DNA of 63,127 nt, the filler included, from Choristocarpus tenellus KU-1152 (taxonomy: Eukaryota; Protista; Phaeophyceae), in the NCBI GenBank assembly GCA_964200185.2. It is 7 parts of 7 records of this genome, joined end to end, with 100 filler letters (N's around TTAATTAATTAA, not from the genome) between each part and the next. Parts side by side here need not be neighbours in the genome. Positions count along the whole stretch, not along the records: positions 1 to 4,750 come from CAXNAD020013205.1; positions 4,851 to 9,791 come from CAXNAD020012446.1; positions 9,892 to 34,782 come from CAXNAD020000196.1; 4 more parts are not named here. One strand, 5' to 3'. A program made the position numbers and the translations under genes. Each line of letters opens with the position of its first letter. Positions within the stretch are counted from its first letter, which is position 1. This document shows positions 1-13,000 of the stretch, piece after piece. The notes beneath the pieces are model-generated. The model ran no database searches. It had not been told where the DNA came from and was given only the letters and a program-made list of their open reading frames with translations.

Positions 1-1619
1 GGACATCATGGCATGCCCCTCTGTATTTTAAAGGTATATACTGATAGATGCCATGCGGATAACGCAACTGTACTTCTGATGAGATCAATGACCGTCACAT
101 TTTCGATCATCGAAAAAAAAAAATCAAGAGTTGATATCCTGATATCTATTCCGTTAAGCACTACCCATAGTTGAGGTCGGGCTATGTTCCTCCCTCCTTC
201 CCACCAAAAGTTGACCAATATCTGTAGAAAGTCAGGACAGGACACAATCTATACATTGCGGTCACAGCCATTATGTACACAGTTCAACCCTTTGCAATGC
301 TCAAACGGTTGATGACGATGGAAGCAGAGCCCTGTAAGAATCTCTCTTCCAAGAAATAGTCATATATATATAATATATATATATATGTATCCATTCTGAG
401 GAGAGAGTCTGGATTTGGTCATTTTCACAGGGCACAATCTACAGCAATTTAGATTGAGATGGTGCTATATTTAAGTTTTCTTCCCCAGCACAAGACAACA
501 ATTCGCAAGGTACTTGAGGAGTTTACCTCACTCTCGTAAGGCAGTTCTTCTGCCCCTATATTCTTACATTTTTCAAGGCAGTTAGTTAGTGAATATGGTT
601 TGTTTTAGATGCAACAAACTTTTTGAAAGGTATTGCACATGCAGTTGTGTACCAACGGTAAAGCTTTGGGTAGAAGGTCTGTGAGATTCTGTAAGTACTT
701 CAGCATAACACCAAGTTTCTCATCTCAATATGCGAATAATTCTTCTTGGTGTCTCAGGACACTTAAGTCGAAAGTATTGCTTGGAAAATCTCAGATCAGT
801 AATCATGTTTGTTGGAAGTGAGACCCATAGACTTGACAGTATAATCTTGCTGATACAGAATTTAGCAGGGATAGGTGTCCCAACCTACCAAATATGCAGC
901 GCTCAACCACAAAGATGCATACAATACACAAGCAACCAAGCATGCAACCAAGCATGCAACATGGGCCTTGCAACAGACATGCAAGTGTCAGAAAATTGAG
1001 GAGACTGGCTATGCGAAACTATGCAATGGTTCCCCTAAAGCACACGAATAATCTTGACTCTGGTCAAGTCCATGTGTTCAAAGTCAATTGAGTAACCAAA
1101 CAATTTTGATTTCATCTCTAGGGGGCATACTGTGCACCCCCACTGCAAACGCAAAGATCAGGTTTGGCGAAGATTGTTACCTTAGTTGGTTTAACGAGAA
1201 CTTTCCTTTTTGGAGGAGAATAATATCAACAAGACCCGAGTGGCAAGTTGTTTCATCGTGTTCCATTTCATGAAAATGAAGAGAATAGGAGAGAGCATCC
1301 TATCGAACTGCTGTGATCAACAACGTTACATGTACACTAAACAAATCCTATTCAGGGGGGCTGGGCCTTGGTTATGACTCCAATCAAAGTCAGTCATCTG
1401 ACTCACCTTACCATTATGAAAGGTAAAACTATTTCTTATACAGTACATGCTAAAAATGTGTATGAGACCGTCACACTGTGATTATGCTTCTGTCATCACA
1501 CACAACATAGGCAGAACACAGGATAGTGCGACATCCCCATGTTGAAAAGTGACAAATAGTGACACACAAGCAGGGCAAGAACAAAAAAGTGACAAATACA
1601 TACATATAATACTCCCTGA

Positions 1620-1900
1620 ATGCTCATCAAAAACCTCACAATGTTATCTGAAACCTTTAATGGGAAATTTGTTTTTGTCAACACATGTTCCCTCTGGTTT
1701 GAAGTATCAACAAAAACATTTCATATCTCATGCTTCCTGACCAAGTCCCTCGATATAGCATGCTTGACATCAATGTGGTCAATCGAAGTGGGGCTGGTTG
1801 CATTACATATCAGCTTGCGTGCTCCCTTGCTGTCCTCGAACAAACTCCACAACACTCCGCAACTAAAGCACCCCCCTCTGTCACACTACTAGGAGTTACG
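1620..1900 (-). mobile_element. Degenerate Ty1/Copia RNase H fragment
   Basis: Minus-strand translation LFEDSKGARKLICN...DHIDVKHAISRDLVRKHEI*NVFVDTSNQREHVLTK resembles the Copia RNase H pattern EDNxxA...KHIDxxxHxxRD...QxADxLTK. It contains an in-frame stop. Confidence 0.8.
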
Positions 1901-3399
1901 GCTTGCTCTTGGTTCAAGACGGGGAGATACAACCTTATTTTTTTCTCCTCCAGCAAATGATACTGCCCCAACAGTCACTGACCTACGATCACCGTAGTCC
2001 CCAGCACATCTAGCATCTGTATTTCCAATCAAATCTCACTCAGTGTCAAGGGCACCAAAAGCCATTCCAAAAGTCAGGGACATATTCAGGTATGCCACTT
2101 TGAAGTAACATACACTCAAGCAAAAGGACAGTTTGCAACCTTGGGACAGTTGCCATTCTTGGCTATTCAGGAACTGCATTGGCAATATCTAACATAGCAA
2201 TCACTGCTGTCCACATATTAAACAACCAACACAGCTTCTCTATATATAACATCACTAGCGCATGAGTGGTCCTCTTTCTTATCCAATGTCCTACGGAGAG
2301 CATGGGGTGCTGCACATTTCTTTTGCCCCATGCATACCAAATCTGTTATCAATACTCATAATATACATGCTCAGATTGATGCTAGTATATGTTGAAATTC
2401 TGTCATTCGAAATATCACAGCCCACTTTGTACACTCTTAATCACAAAATCATCAATTGGAACTGCTCCCCAAACCAATCCTGGAGCGAACCCAAGTCAAA
2501 ACACCATGCAATCCTGCAAACAAAATGTCCTCAATGTGGGGGGCTATCACTGAACAAACTTCTCGACTTTCTACATAGGATAGTACATAGGGATTTGCTC
2601 TGCACAGCTTAAAACCACACTGTTCTGAAACACCCTCCACAATTCGCTGGACTCTCTCCTGACCTGCTTGGTCCTATACAGTGTCTTCAGTAGATCTACT
2701 ATAATATCAATTGCGGACCACATACGTCACACAAAACAAAAAATCTCCAACAAAATCTCCGTCCAAAGGAAAGCTTGCCATAAATTTCAATGCATTGATT
2801 TCCAAATGACCTCCCCATCTAACTTTCATTCAGTAACAAACCAGACAAGTCTTCTGTTCTAATCCTAACCCTAAATCACATTCAGGAGAACTACATGCTG
2901 CTCATACAGTCTAGGTTTGAGGAGGACGTAATCCACTAACACTTGAACAAATTTATCACTTGCACACAAAATACAAGCAGCCTCAATGGTAACAGACAGA
3001 CACATCACAAAAACGTTCATGGCATCTTGAAAACACCGACTTCGACTCATGAATCAGGGTTGGCATGCTTACCAGACATGGTAGGGTGCCGAAGATCCCT
3101 GTGACAGACATCACTCATGTCCAGGCATCAGAGTTCTCTTTTCCCCCGGCTGTTGTCAGTATTCGCCTCACAGACCTCATCATCGTTGTTGGTACCCCCT
3201 TCAATCCTGGTTGTACTGTCTTAATCACATAAAAAAGCATACTATGCACTACCATCCTCATCCTCTCCCATTCCATCTTTGATCCAGGAGATATCACTCA
3301 TCATCACCCCTCAGCCTATGAACTGTAGTATTATGATGTGCCAGAAGTTGGTAGTCCCCCGGCAAGGAGTCAACCTCGCCAAACAGTGTGCAATAAGGC

Positions 3400-3880
3400 G
3401 TTATACCCCCATTGTTGTTGGAGTTGGTAGCACTCCTAGTACGGATGAACACGGCATGCTAATACACCAAACCTCATTACCAAAGTTTCCCACTTAGACT
3501 CGAAGAGTAAAGGCTGGCCCTTGCCCCCACGTCTATCTGGGCGATGCAATGTTCTTCCACGCCATTGTACTGGGGCTCACCCTGTTATCAACACCTCCTG
3601 CACAGTGCCCATGTCCACCAACAAACCTCGAAATTCCTCACCCTGCCACTCACCGCCTTGATTGAACATATTGTGCATGTCTCCTGCTGGGGATGACCTC
3701 AGTTGATAACACCACCGTGCCAGTGTGGACACCACTTCACTCTTATGGATGAAAAAATATAAGTGGGTGAAGCGACTGATGTCGTTAACAACCACCAAGG
3801 CGTACAATACCCCACTCTGCAACCAAAATTATTTTTGCCACTCGAGGAGATTGATCACGAGATCAAGATACAAATGACTG
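3400..3880 (-). mobile_element. Degenerate Ty1/Copia integrase core fragment
   Basis: ORF 3577-3822 reads YALVVVNDISRFTHLYFFIHKSEV...NQGGEWQGEEF and is followed, after a frameshift, by PQYNGVEE. This is the rve integrase signature with decayed catalytic residues. Confidence 0.8.
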
Positions 3881-4750
3881 TTCCCACGTCCTCAGACTGC
3901 AGTAGAACCAGAGACTGATTCATAAGGTTGGATGGCCTGGGTGTACCCTACACACTTAAGCGGCAGGGGACAGGACAGTGGGGGGTTTTGATGGTGTCTG
4001 GATATATTTTGTAGAGGCAGTCAGTTTGCAAGTCTGGGAGATGTACAGGGAGGGATTATCCATCGACCACTAAAAAAACTGTATCTTTATTCTTGATGGC
4101 AAGGGTTCAATTGAACTTATCCAGTGTGTGATGCGCCATCTTTTTTTGTTTTGTCTTCCACAGGACTTAAAATTTAAAAAAACACTTACAATTTGTCCAT
4201 GCTCATCATTGCTACCAATGCCTTGCTTGTACACAACACTACACATGCCTCAATAACATGTGTACAGGGTTGGGATCACACAAACTATACCCCCCCCTCG
4301 TCCATATGGTTTTGCATGAATAGTGACATCCAGATTTTGGGTGTAGATCCTAGGCAACCACCCACAACCCTCCTAAAAAAAATAATGTTTTGTACTCACA
4401 GATTCTCTGAAAGGGGCTTTGTGGTTTACAACTGAGAAATTAAGGGCAACTAATATACACTAACTACATGTACAGCTATAGATATTATAGTTTCATGAAG
4501 TGCAAGGCAGATACCACAAAAAAAACTGGCGTAATAACAGCACATGCCATGTTGCATCTAGATGCCCCGCCCGCCTCGTGATCACCACACAAATAGAGGG
4601 AACTGAAACAAGGATATTGTGGTTAGCTGGACCATCGTCCCCATATTTGGCATGGAAACATGATTGCAAGGCAAAGGCTTACAACACAGCAGTAGTCAAG
4701 GCTCAAAGTACTTGGGGGGGGGGGGGGCGGCTGTTGCTTTGGGGCCATTT

Positions 4751-4850
4751 NNNNNNNNNNNNNNNNNNNNNNNNNNNNNNNNNNNNNNNNNNNNTTAATT
4801 AATTAANNNNNNNNNNNNNNNNNNNNNNNNNNNNNNNNNNNNNNNNNNNN
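4751..4850. other. Artificial contig-joining spacer (N44-TTAATTAATTAA-N44)
   Basis: 100-nt spacer whose 12-mer gives stops in all six frames. Identical spacers at 9792-9891, 34783-34882, 40328-40427, 49726-49825 and 58759-58858. Confidence 0.97.
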
Positions 4851-5223
4851 CCAAAAACCACGACATGAAAAAATTGACCCCAAATGGACAGCCGCCACCC
4901 CCTCCCAGATACTTTGGACTTTTTTCACTGCTAAGTAATGTTTACACTGATGTGCTTATACAATAATGCTTTTTAGCTAAACAGCCAGCTAAACATGGTA
5001 TGTGCATGGTCCAGGTGCACATGTATCTCTTTCTCTTTTTTCGCTGCCACGACTTCCGAGTTGCCAGGGTCATCGCTTCCTAGAATGCAAAAAAGGGTGT
5101 TACGGGCTGGGGCGTGTTGCTTGAATGGTTATTTACAGCGTTAAACCTAAGATTATGCATCTCCAACGAGCTCAAGTCTTCCCTGCTCTGGTCAGTAAAT
5201 GTCTGGTATCGTCTACGATTAGG

Positions 5224-5227
<4 letters not shown>

Positions 5228-5262
<35 letters not shown>
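5228..5262. repeat. (GA)n microsatellite
   Basis: Perfect dinucleotide run. Confidence 0.95.
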
Positions 5263-5263
<1 letters not shown>

Positions 5264-5899
5264 ATGTTGTCATCGCTTGATTTGACGTTGCGACCTCCTT
5301 TCAACCTCGTGGATCTCTTCATTGAACAGGAGTTCAAGCTAAACTCAGGAACCCTAAAGGTGTTTGTGGGGGCGAATTTTCGAACTTCTCCCAGGATAAA
5401 TTCCATTTCCAAGTCCCCTTTTCTTGCGATTTCCCATTTCCTCCTCCACCGACAGTTACAGTACCAGGCCAAGGTTGGGATATTTTCTCGTGTAAAATGA
5501 TCTAAGATTCCATTGTCCAACATGCAATATTATCTATTGTGCTGTCTTCTTTGGGGGGAGGAAATGGAAAATCGTGGCAAAAGGGACCAAGAAATGGAAT
5601 GTACCTTGAGAGGAGAAGTTTGGAGATTCACCATCATCTATGTCTTTGCAGTTCCTGTGAGTTGGGGCTGAATTTACATACGATGGAGCGAGGTTCGTGA
5701 GGAGGAATGGAGGTCACTTCACAACTCTCACGACAAAGTATCTCTCTTTGCCCTTGATAGTACTCGGTATTTGACATATACTGACTGGAATGGGGAAGAG
5801 TTACTCATTGGGGACCGTAGGGTCAATGCAGCCAATAACCAATCGAGCATCTTGTCCCAGCCTGGAACACCCTTCCCTGCACCCTGAAAGGCCCTGGCA

Positions 5900-7330
5900 C
5901 CAGTAAACGTGAATGAGGTGCATATACAATCAGGGCACGTGCATAAGGGTTTGATGGAGATGTATGCATCAGTAAACGATGGCTTACTTACTGGTAAGTG
6001 GGGGTCCTCCTATAAGGGAAGGTCTCTTGGCAAGGCACATTATCGATCAACCCCCAAGGAGACTAAGACTAGGTTTAAGGTAAAATTTTGGCGGATATTT
6101 ACGGATCTTATGGGACCAAAGCCCAAGGCGAGCAAAGGCACCAAACATTGATGTGTTACAGGTGATATGTCTTGATGGCGATTTCATAAACACCATTATG
6201 ACCTTGAAGTTCAAAATTTGATATATTTGTCCTTCTTGACTATTATTTAGTTATTATCATACCCCCAGATGGTACATCGGTGCCAGTTGCTTTTATATGA
6301 TGATATTGATACTTATGAAGGGGATAATCCAAGTGAGAGATCCAGCATACTTGACGACTTGTGCATCAGGAGTCCGGTACGCGCATCATCGCCATCTGTA
6401 GGCTTGTGGACTGGAGGTGTACATCCTGTGGAGGTAGACTTCTGGAGCATGCTGCAACAGATACGCTATGATTGTGATTGATTGCATATCTCGTAAGTTG
6501 GACACACACTGCATGTGGTAGAAGAGTGGCGCCTCACTGGTGTCACAAGGGTTCATAAATGATGTAGCTGAGTCGATGACTTGCAGATTGGGGTGGTATG
6601 GAGTGATGGAGGAGAATTTGTTGGTGATCCATTCGTAATAGTGTTAATATAATGTAGCATCAAGCTAGAAGTGACTATGCCTAGGGCGTCACAGTTCAAT
6701 GAGGTGGCAGAGAGGGCTTAAGCTATCAAGGAGAAGTTGGATGGGCTCACAGAAAGCTGGACATGGATCCAAGTCCCCATACCAGCCCACAAGGACGTGC
6801 TGAAAATGAAATTCGTTTTCGCACAGTGGTGAATGGAGTTAGGTTAGTGGAGAGGTGCAAGGCGAGGCTTGTCGTTCAGGGAGTCGTGTGGGGGAATGGG
6901 CAGGACTGGCATGAAAAATTCGCTCCTATTGAGCACATGATGAGCATGCGCCTGGTGCTAGCACTCTTTACGCACATAAAATGGCACCTGAGTCGGGCTG
7001 GTTCATAGCAAGCGTTCCCCAATGCTATTGTGGAGGAGGGCGTTGTATGTGAAAGTACCAGGAGGTGTGGCGGAATTTGTTGGAGTAGTGGGCAAACTGA
7101 AGAAATCTCTGCACCATCATGCAAGCCTCTAGGAACTGGAGTTTACTATAGGTGGGACCTTTACTGGAGCTGGGGTAGGAATAGTGTGAGTAAGATAAGT
7201 GTATTTCGCAATGGATGTGGAAGCGTGAAATGATACTGATTCTTTTAGTTCATGTTGACGACATGCTGACGGCAATCAATTTATAGTACTGGACCACAGG
7301 ATGGAACTGGGTTAGTTGAGGGTGCGAAGA
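5900..7330 (+). mobile_element. Highly degenerate Ty1/Copia pol (integrase then reverse transcriptase)
   Basis: Motifs in Copia order: RIFTDLMGP (integrase start, ~6090), PRASQFNEVAERA (~6690), KARLVVQG...GQDWHEKFAP...SMRLVLAL (RT, 6850-6970), QLKKSL (~7095) and LLVHVDDML (~7245-7270). Many stops, frameshifts and deletions. Confidence 0.85.
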
Positions 7331-9422
7331 AGAAGTTTCCGCCTTTTTGTGTGTGAAACTCCCTAGCATGCCAACCACGTAATGGGGGCATTAGAGCATT
7401 AGATACATCCAGTGCAAGGAGTGGTGAAGGAGGGAGAGTTAGCTTGTGAACCACCTGTAATACATCCGGTTCCTCCTGTCCTCCAAAGCGGTGGGTCATG
7501 ACTATGGATGTGTGTATACGTTGTTATGGATACTGTATGTGTAACAAGCTGAGTTCACGCACCACTTATGTAATAGAGTTCTGTTGGAGATGGGATAGTT
7601 GCCTCTGTGTTGAACAGTACAGGCTGAGAATAAGGTACGAAAAATTGTGACGCAAACATCGCTGGACCAATCACCTTTTTAGTGGTGTTTTATGGTTTGA
7701 TCTAGAATATAAACAGAAGGAAACATGGGAGGTAAGCGGTTTTAAGATGACCAAATACTACTCAATATTAATGTATCCAAAACGTCGGCAAACCCAATGC
7801 ATCGATTATTGAACTTCAAGTTCATTATGACTTTCATGAAAACGCGATTAGATTTGTCATCCGTAACATATGCATTAGTTCATCATTGAAGAACATTAAT
7901 TTGAACTGGGTAGACCTCATAAACACACATGAGGTCTGAATTTGTATAAGAACATGGAATAAATGAGCAATACTGACCTCTACTTCTATTGTCCCTCGCA
8001 ATCCTCAGATAGAATGCCTAAGCCAGGTCATACAAATAATGCTAGTAGTGGTTAATCTTCCCTTGTTATGGAAAGAATGTGTAATTGCATAGAGTGAGGG
8101 TGAGGTAGGTCGAGATTGATTTGTTGACATTGTGGTATTGAATCCGATAGTGACAGCGAGTCAGGTCCCTTGTCCCTTGGCCAAAAGATTTATATCTTTT
8201 CCCCAAAACGGTTGGTTACATATAGAATGACGCCCGATTGTGATGCTGGGAGACAGGTCAACAAAATGACAAGAATTTCTGGTGATGAGCACGTAGTTTA
8301 AATAGTATATAGTTTTACACCAAAACATTGGAGTAAACTTGCTCCCACAACCAACAGCAAAGGTGTGGGTTCATTTTTATTTTGTTTTGATTGGATGGTC
8401 GATATCAATTTTTTATGTACCAAGATACAACAACAACAAAAATGCAAGGTGAGAACATCCACTAGCTTTTGATATTGATCTTTGTCGATGATTCTAGAGA
8501 CAGACTGTACAGGTGAACAAAGATGCCGAGTTCCCAGGAGATACCGATCTTACCATGAAATCGATTGAAAAGGTGTTACCTGCAGCCGACATCTCTAATG
8601 ACTACTAACAACGATGCTAATGTGGTTGGGTTTGCAAAATTCGCGGGTAATTTTCTATGAACACCGTCCTACAAAAACCATAACACGACGGCAACAATTT
8701 CAAATGATATACAGTACTTAAAACAGTGTACAGAGATAGTTGGCACTATCCTTAAGTGCAAAAAAGGCACTGATTTTCGTTGTCGTTCAGGGCAATCAGT
8801 CATAAATTAACTATGATACTTCCAAATGTTAGTTTAGACAAGCATTTACAAACAAGATGAAACATTTTGTCTGCATAGCCAATGCTCAGGCGCTTAGGTA
8901 TATATATATATATACTCTGGAGTGTACTGGAGTACATATAATATGTGTGTGTACTCCTACAGTACGAAGTACGCATGGCTGACCCATATACATCTCCAAT
9001 TATTAAAAAATATAGGACACAAAACTATTCGGAGTATTGTGACCAGTGAAGCCGCCATACATGTCGTTTGTCGGGATTTTACGACAGAGTCTGTGGTCTG
9101 TGATAGGGGAGTGTAATAGTGGGAACCATGCGTCAACTTGTTGTCCATGGGATTGGGTTTCTTCTCTTGATACTGGGGGGTGTATCATCGATTCTCATAT
9201 TAACAAAGTACAGGCCAATCAGAAGGGGGAAAATGTGGAAAGCATATTTGTCTGTTGTTTTACCGCTATTGCCGTATGTTATATACCGTTATACCGTTGT
9301 ACTAATTGAGGTTCCCAGTCAAGCGTCCATCATTTCACTGACAGACTTTCCGTCAGAATGAAACCATGGAATCCCTTCATGTGTCCAATCCCTTAGACTT
9401 GGGACAGCTCGTCATTCAGAGT

Positions 9423-9791
9423 TGTCATACATGGAAGATCCACTTTGTTCTCACGTCTTGACTGATGGTGATGAAGTCCCATCTTTGATGATGCTCATCA
9501 CTTGTCAATTTGCACTTGTCCAACCTTACCCTCGTACCCTCAGTTACGGTTCGTCTTTGTTCATCTGGTCCGTCTTGCTCGGTGATTCTCTTCACCACCC
9601 TTGCCTGAGTGAGCCACACCGCCACATAATCACACGATTCACATTGGCAACACTGGTGAGCTCAGAAATAGGGTGACGGGGAATTTCTGTTTGACCACAG
9701 ACGAAAGATGCCGAACTCAAGATCGAGGTGAAAACGTCATGCACAGTAGCGCATAACTCCAGATCTGGAACCATCCAGAACACCAGAAGAG
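9423..9791 (+). mobile_element. Probable 5' LTR (9423-9643, TG...CA) plus primer-binding-site-like sequence of an LTR retrotransposon, cut by contig end
   Basis: Starts TGTCATAC and ends TTCACA, followed by TGGCAACACTGGTGAG. Its 3' half is clearly homologous to 57610-57726. Confidence 0.55.
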
Positions 9792-10096
9792 NNNNNNNNN
9801 NNNNNNNNNNNNNNNNNNNNNNNNNNNNNNNNNNNTTAATTAATTAANNNNNNNNNNNNNNNNNNNNNNNNNNNNNNNNNNNNNNNNNNNNGTGTTTAGC
9901 GCGCGCAATCGTATCTGACCGCGCGTCTTTACATACAGTGTGTGTCGGCCATCCCAAAAAGGAACCTGTCCCTGACAGATATATTTTCTAGTGAAAGGGA
10001 AATCCTTAAGTGTTCTGCGCGCGGGTATATTCTGCGCGATGTTCCTATCACCCATTTCCAACTTCGATATATATACCCACAAGTACCTTCTTGAAG

Positions 10097-13000
10097 ATGT
10101 TAGCACCTCCCTCTACCCGAGTTGTTAATGATGAGGTTTGTATGCTTAAGGATACTCTCTCCCTTGGTCACTTCCCTTGCTGAAAAAAATTGTCAACAAT
10201 ATGCTTACAAAACACGCCCCCCTTCTGTGAACGCACTTCATGTTAGTGCAGGTGAGGAAGAGGTTTTTGAACTGGTCCAGCTCAGGAAACAAGGATATCA
10301 ACATCTCCCCTGATATTGACATGTTCCACCTCTTCAGGGAGGTGTGTATTATCTGTATCGTAGTACAGTAGCACCCACTGACCGTAAATATCTTCAATTG
10401 AGGTTATGGTGTTACTTGTCGTGTTGGGTTTCTTTCCTCGTCAATTTTTTCGCCTTTCACGTGTGATATTGAAGGACATGAACGCTTGCAACGGAGTAGT
10501 GATTGCTGCCAGCTGTTTATGCCCCCCTTTCTTCCCTTTTCCCTGCTATTCGATGACAGGGCTACCGTGGAGTTGTGGCGATCCGAGACATCCCAAAGGG
10601 GGTTGTTCTTTTGCGTATAGGACGGTCTTGTTGCATTGGTCCGCAGACATCAGACTCAACAAAGGATGAGTGGAGGGAGGCTATGTCCTCCTCGGAGATC
10701 ATGGGCATTGCCAGGTCGTGCATCCCAAGATGCCGCATGGTCAATTACAGAATTCGGCAGACTACTCCTCCTCTCGTTACTTCGTCCCCCTCTCTACCCT
10801 ATGTAAAATCTTCAAAAACTGAAAATTCTGGAGAGCGGATATGAAGCGTAAATTCTGTATGGTGTAAACGTGATGAGGCAGCAGCGAGGGATTGCGTATG
10901 GTATATTCCATTCCGTTTATGCTGCTGAAGTAGCATCCACACACACTCACATCTATGAATAGTTGCAAAGGGAACATGTTCGTCATCACAATATAGGTTC
11001 CTGTGCTTATTATACTTCTTTGCTTTAGTTCCAGGTATTTTCGAATATTTTGTTGAGAACAAACTACTAATCAGGAGGCATCATATGCTGACAGCATGCT
11101 CCTCCAAGCCTCCTGTCTACGGGAGATAAATCTCAAGTTTGCAATCCAGATATTTCTGTTTCATGAAAGTTGGTGTATATCTGCTTGTCCTCGAATAAAT
11201 GTGTAAAATTGCTAGCGCTATAGTTTTCTTCATGTCTCACCCCCCCTAACTCTTAAACCCCCTTTGCTTTCACTCTGTTTGGGCAGCAATGATTCACATT
11301 CCACCAAGCCTCGGCTCAGTAAGGCATGCTTCACGGTGCTGCGTATCCTGCACGAGCTCGGACTTGGAGAAGCATCACCTTTTCATTCTTACTTGAGTGT
11401 TCTCCCGCAGGATCATCGGATACCTATTGAGTGGAATGCTGCTGAGCTGTCACTGTTGAAGGTCTGTTGACTTCGGTCCTTTTTGTGTGTCTTCCTTTCA
11501 CAATCATAAAGTTTGTGGTGTTGCAATTCAACTTCTTTTTCCTGTATGTAGTATTCACAATATCTCATGACTCATATCTCAACTTTTCAGGAGTGAAATA
11601 CAGTATATCCCCATATCCCCTGGACACTGCTGTAGGTATGGTGGGCCTCCCACTTTAATGCAAGAGACTTTAGTCACTGTGCAATGAATGTAGATCTGTG
11701 GTTAGATGTGGACCGCGTTAACCCCAAGTGGACTCTCTTCATTCTAGCTTTCGATGGAGGCATTGGAATTTTTCTTATTGTTGTTGCAGATTGGGCATCC
11801 TTGAAATGAATTATGCCTTAGGTGAAACTTCCTCACTATCACTGCCCCCATATATCAAATGGTTCAATGCCGTCAAGTAGCCCTGACTGTTATTTTCACG
11901 TTTGTGCTGCTGTTACTCCAGTATATGCAACTTGTCAATCTTGTGGTTGTGACTGAGGGTAAGGCACAGCCAACGACCTTTGTCCATAACCCTTATATGC
12001 CTCATCCAATGCAGCTGTTGTGCTGTTTGAATGATTGATGCCAGCATCCTCCATTGGTGTGTATCTGGCAGATCATAGTTGTAGGTAGTTAGTGTCGAAT
12101 CACTTGATCATGACCTCTGTACCTATGTTCAACATGGACAACTTCCCTAACCTGGGAATACTACCAACTTGTAAAATGTAATGCTCATGGGCTGGTCTGC
12201 GAACTTATCCCACAGCTTGTTCACTATGTGGGGGTAACACCATACTTTGCCACAAGTGCCACTAATAGACAGGTTCTACTTCCCTGTGCCCAACATGAGA
12301 GCATATGTCACTGCAATTATGCACAGTAACTGTCAGTGGTCAACCCTTAACACTTTACGATACTTGAGAGTACTTGGGTAGGTACCCACCATGCCTGGAA
12401 GGGATCATTTGTGTTCTCAAAACTCTTTGTGAGACTTCCATCTTCAAATGACCTCACTCTCCAAAATTTTAGGTCCCAGCTTTAGTTTGGATATATGACA
12501 ATTTTTTTGTGACTATGATCTAACTAAACCTTCAAAATTTTCACTGTTCAGTCTGTCGCTCGCTCTTCAACGCATTGTGCACTAGAGACTTCATACTTTT
12601 GAGACAGAGGGATTAGTGCATAAGATTTATGGGGTGGGAGTCTTGTGTCTAGGGCTCTAGTTGCTACTGGTTGAGGGTGGGATAGGAGATATAGATGGGG
12701 AAAATATGAAGGTGTTTTAGGGCTCCTTACAATTTCTATTTGTTGCCATGCAAAGTAGTGACTGTAATGAGTATGCTGAGCTGTTTCAGTTTTCTCAAGC
12801 ACCTGGTGAGAACATGCTGTCACTATCCTTGTTCATTTGTCGTGTTTGATTTTTCCACTTTTTTAGACATCTTGCACTTTTCCAGCCTATGACAGCAAAA
12901 CACCATCTTTGGATATGTACTTCATGAGGAGACTGGTTCTCATGGCCAGGATTTTCTAATGTTCTTTGAGTTGGTTGATGTTGCTGAAGTGTAGAGCACC

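Noticed and set aside
4795-4806. TTAATTAATTAA motif repeated six times
   Set aside because: Always centred in a 100-nt N spacer. It is a six-frame stop linker used to concatenate contigs, not biology.
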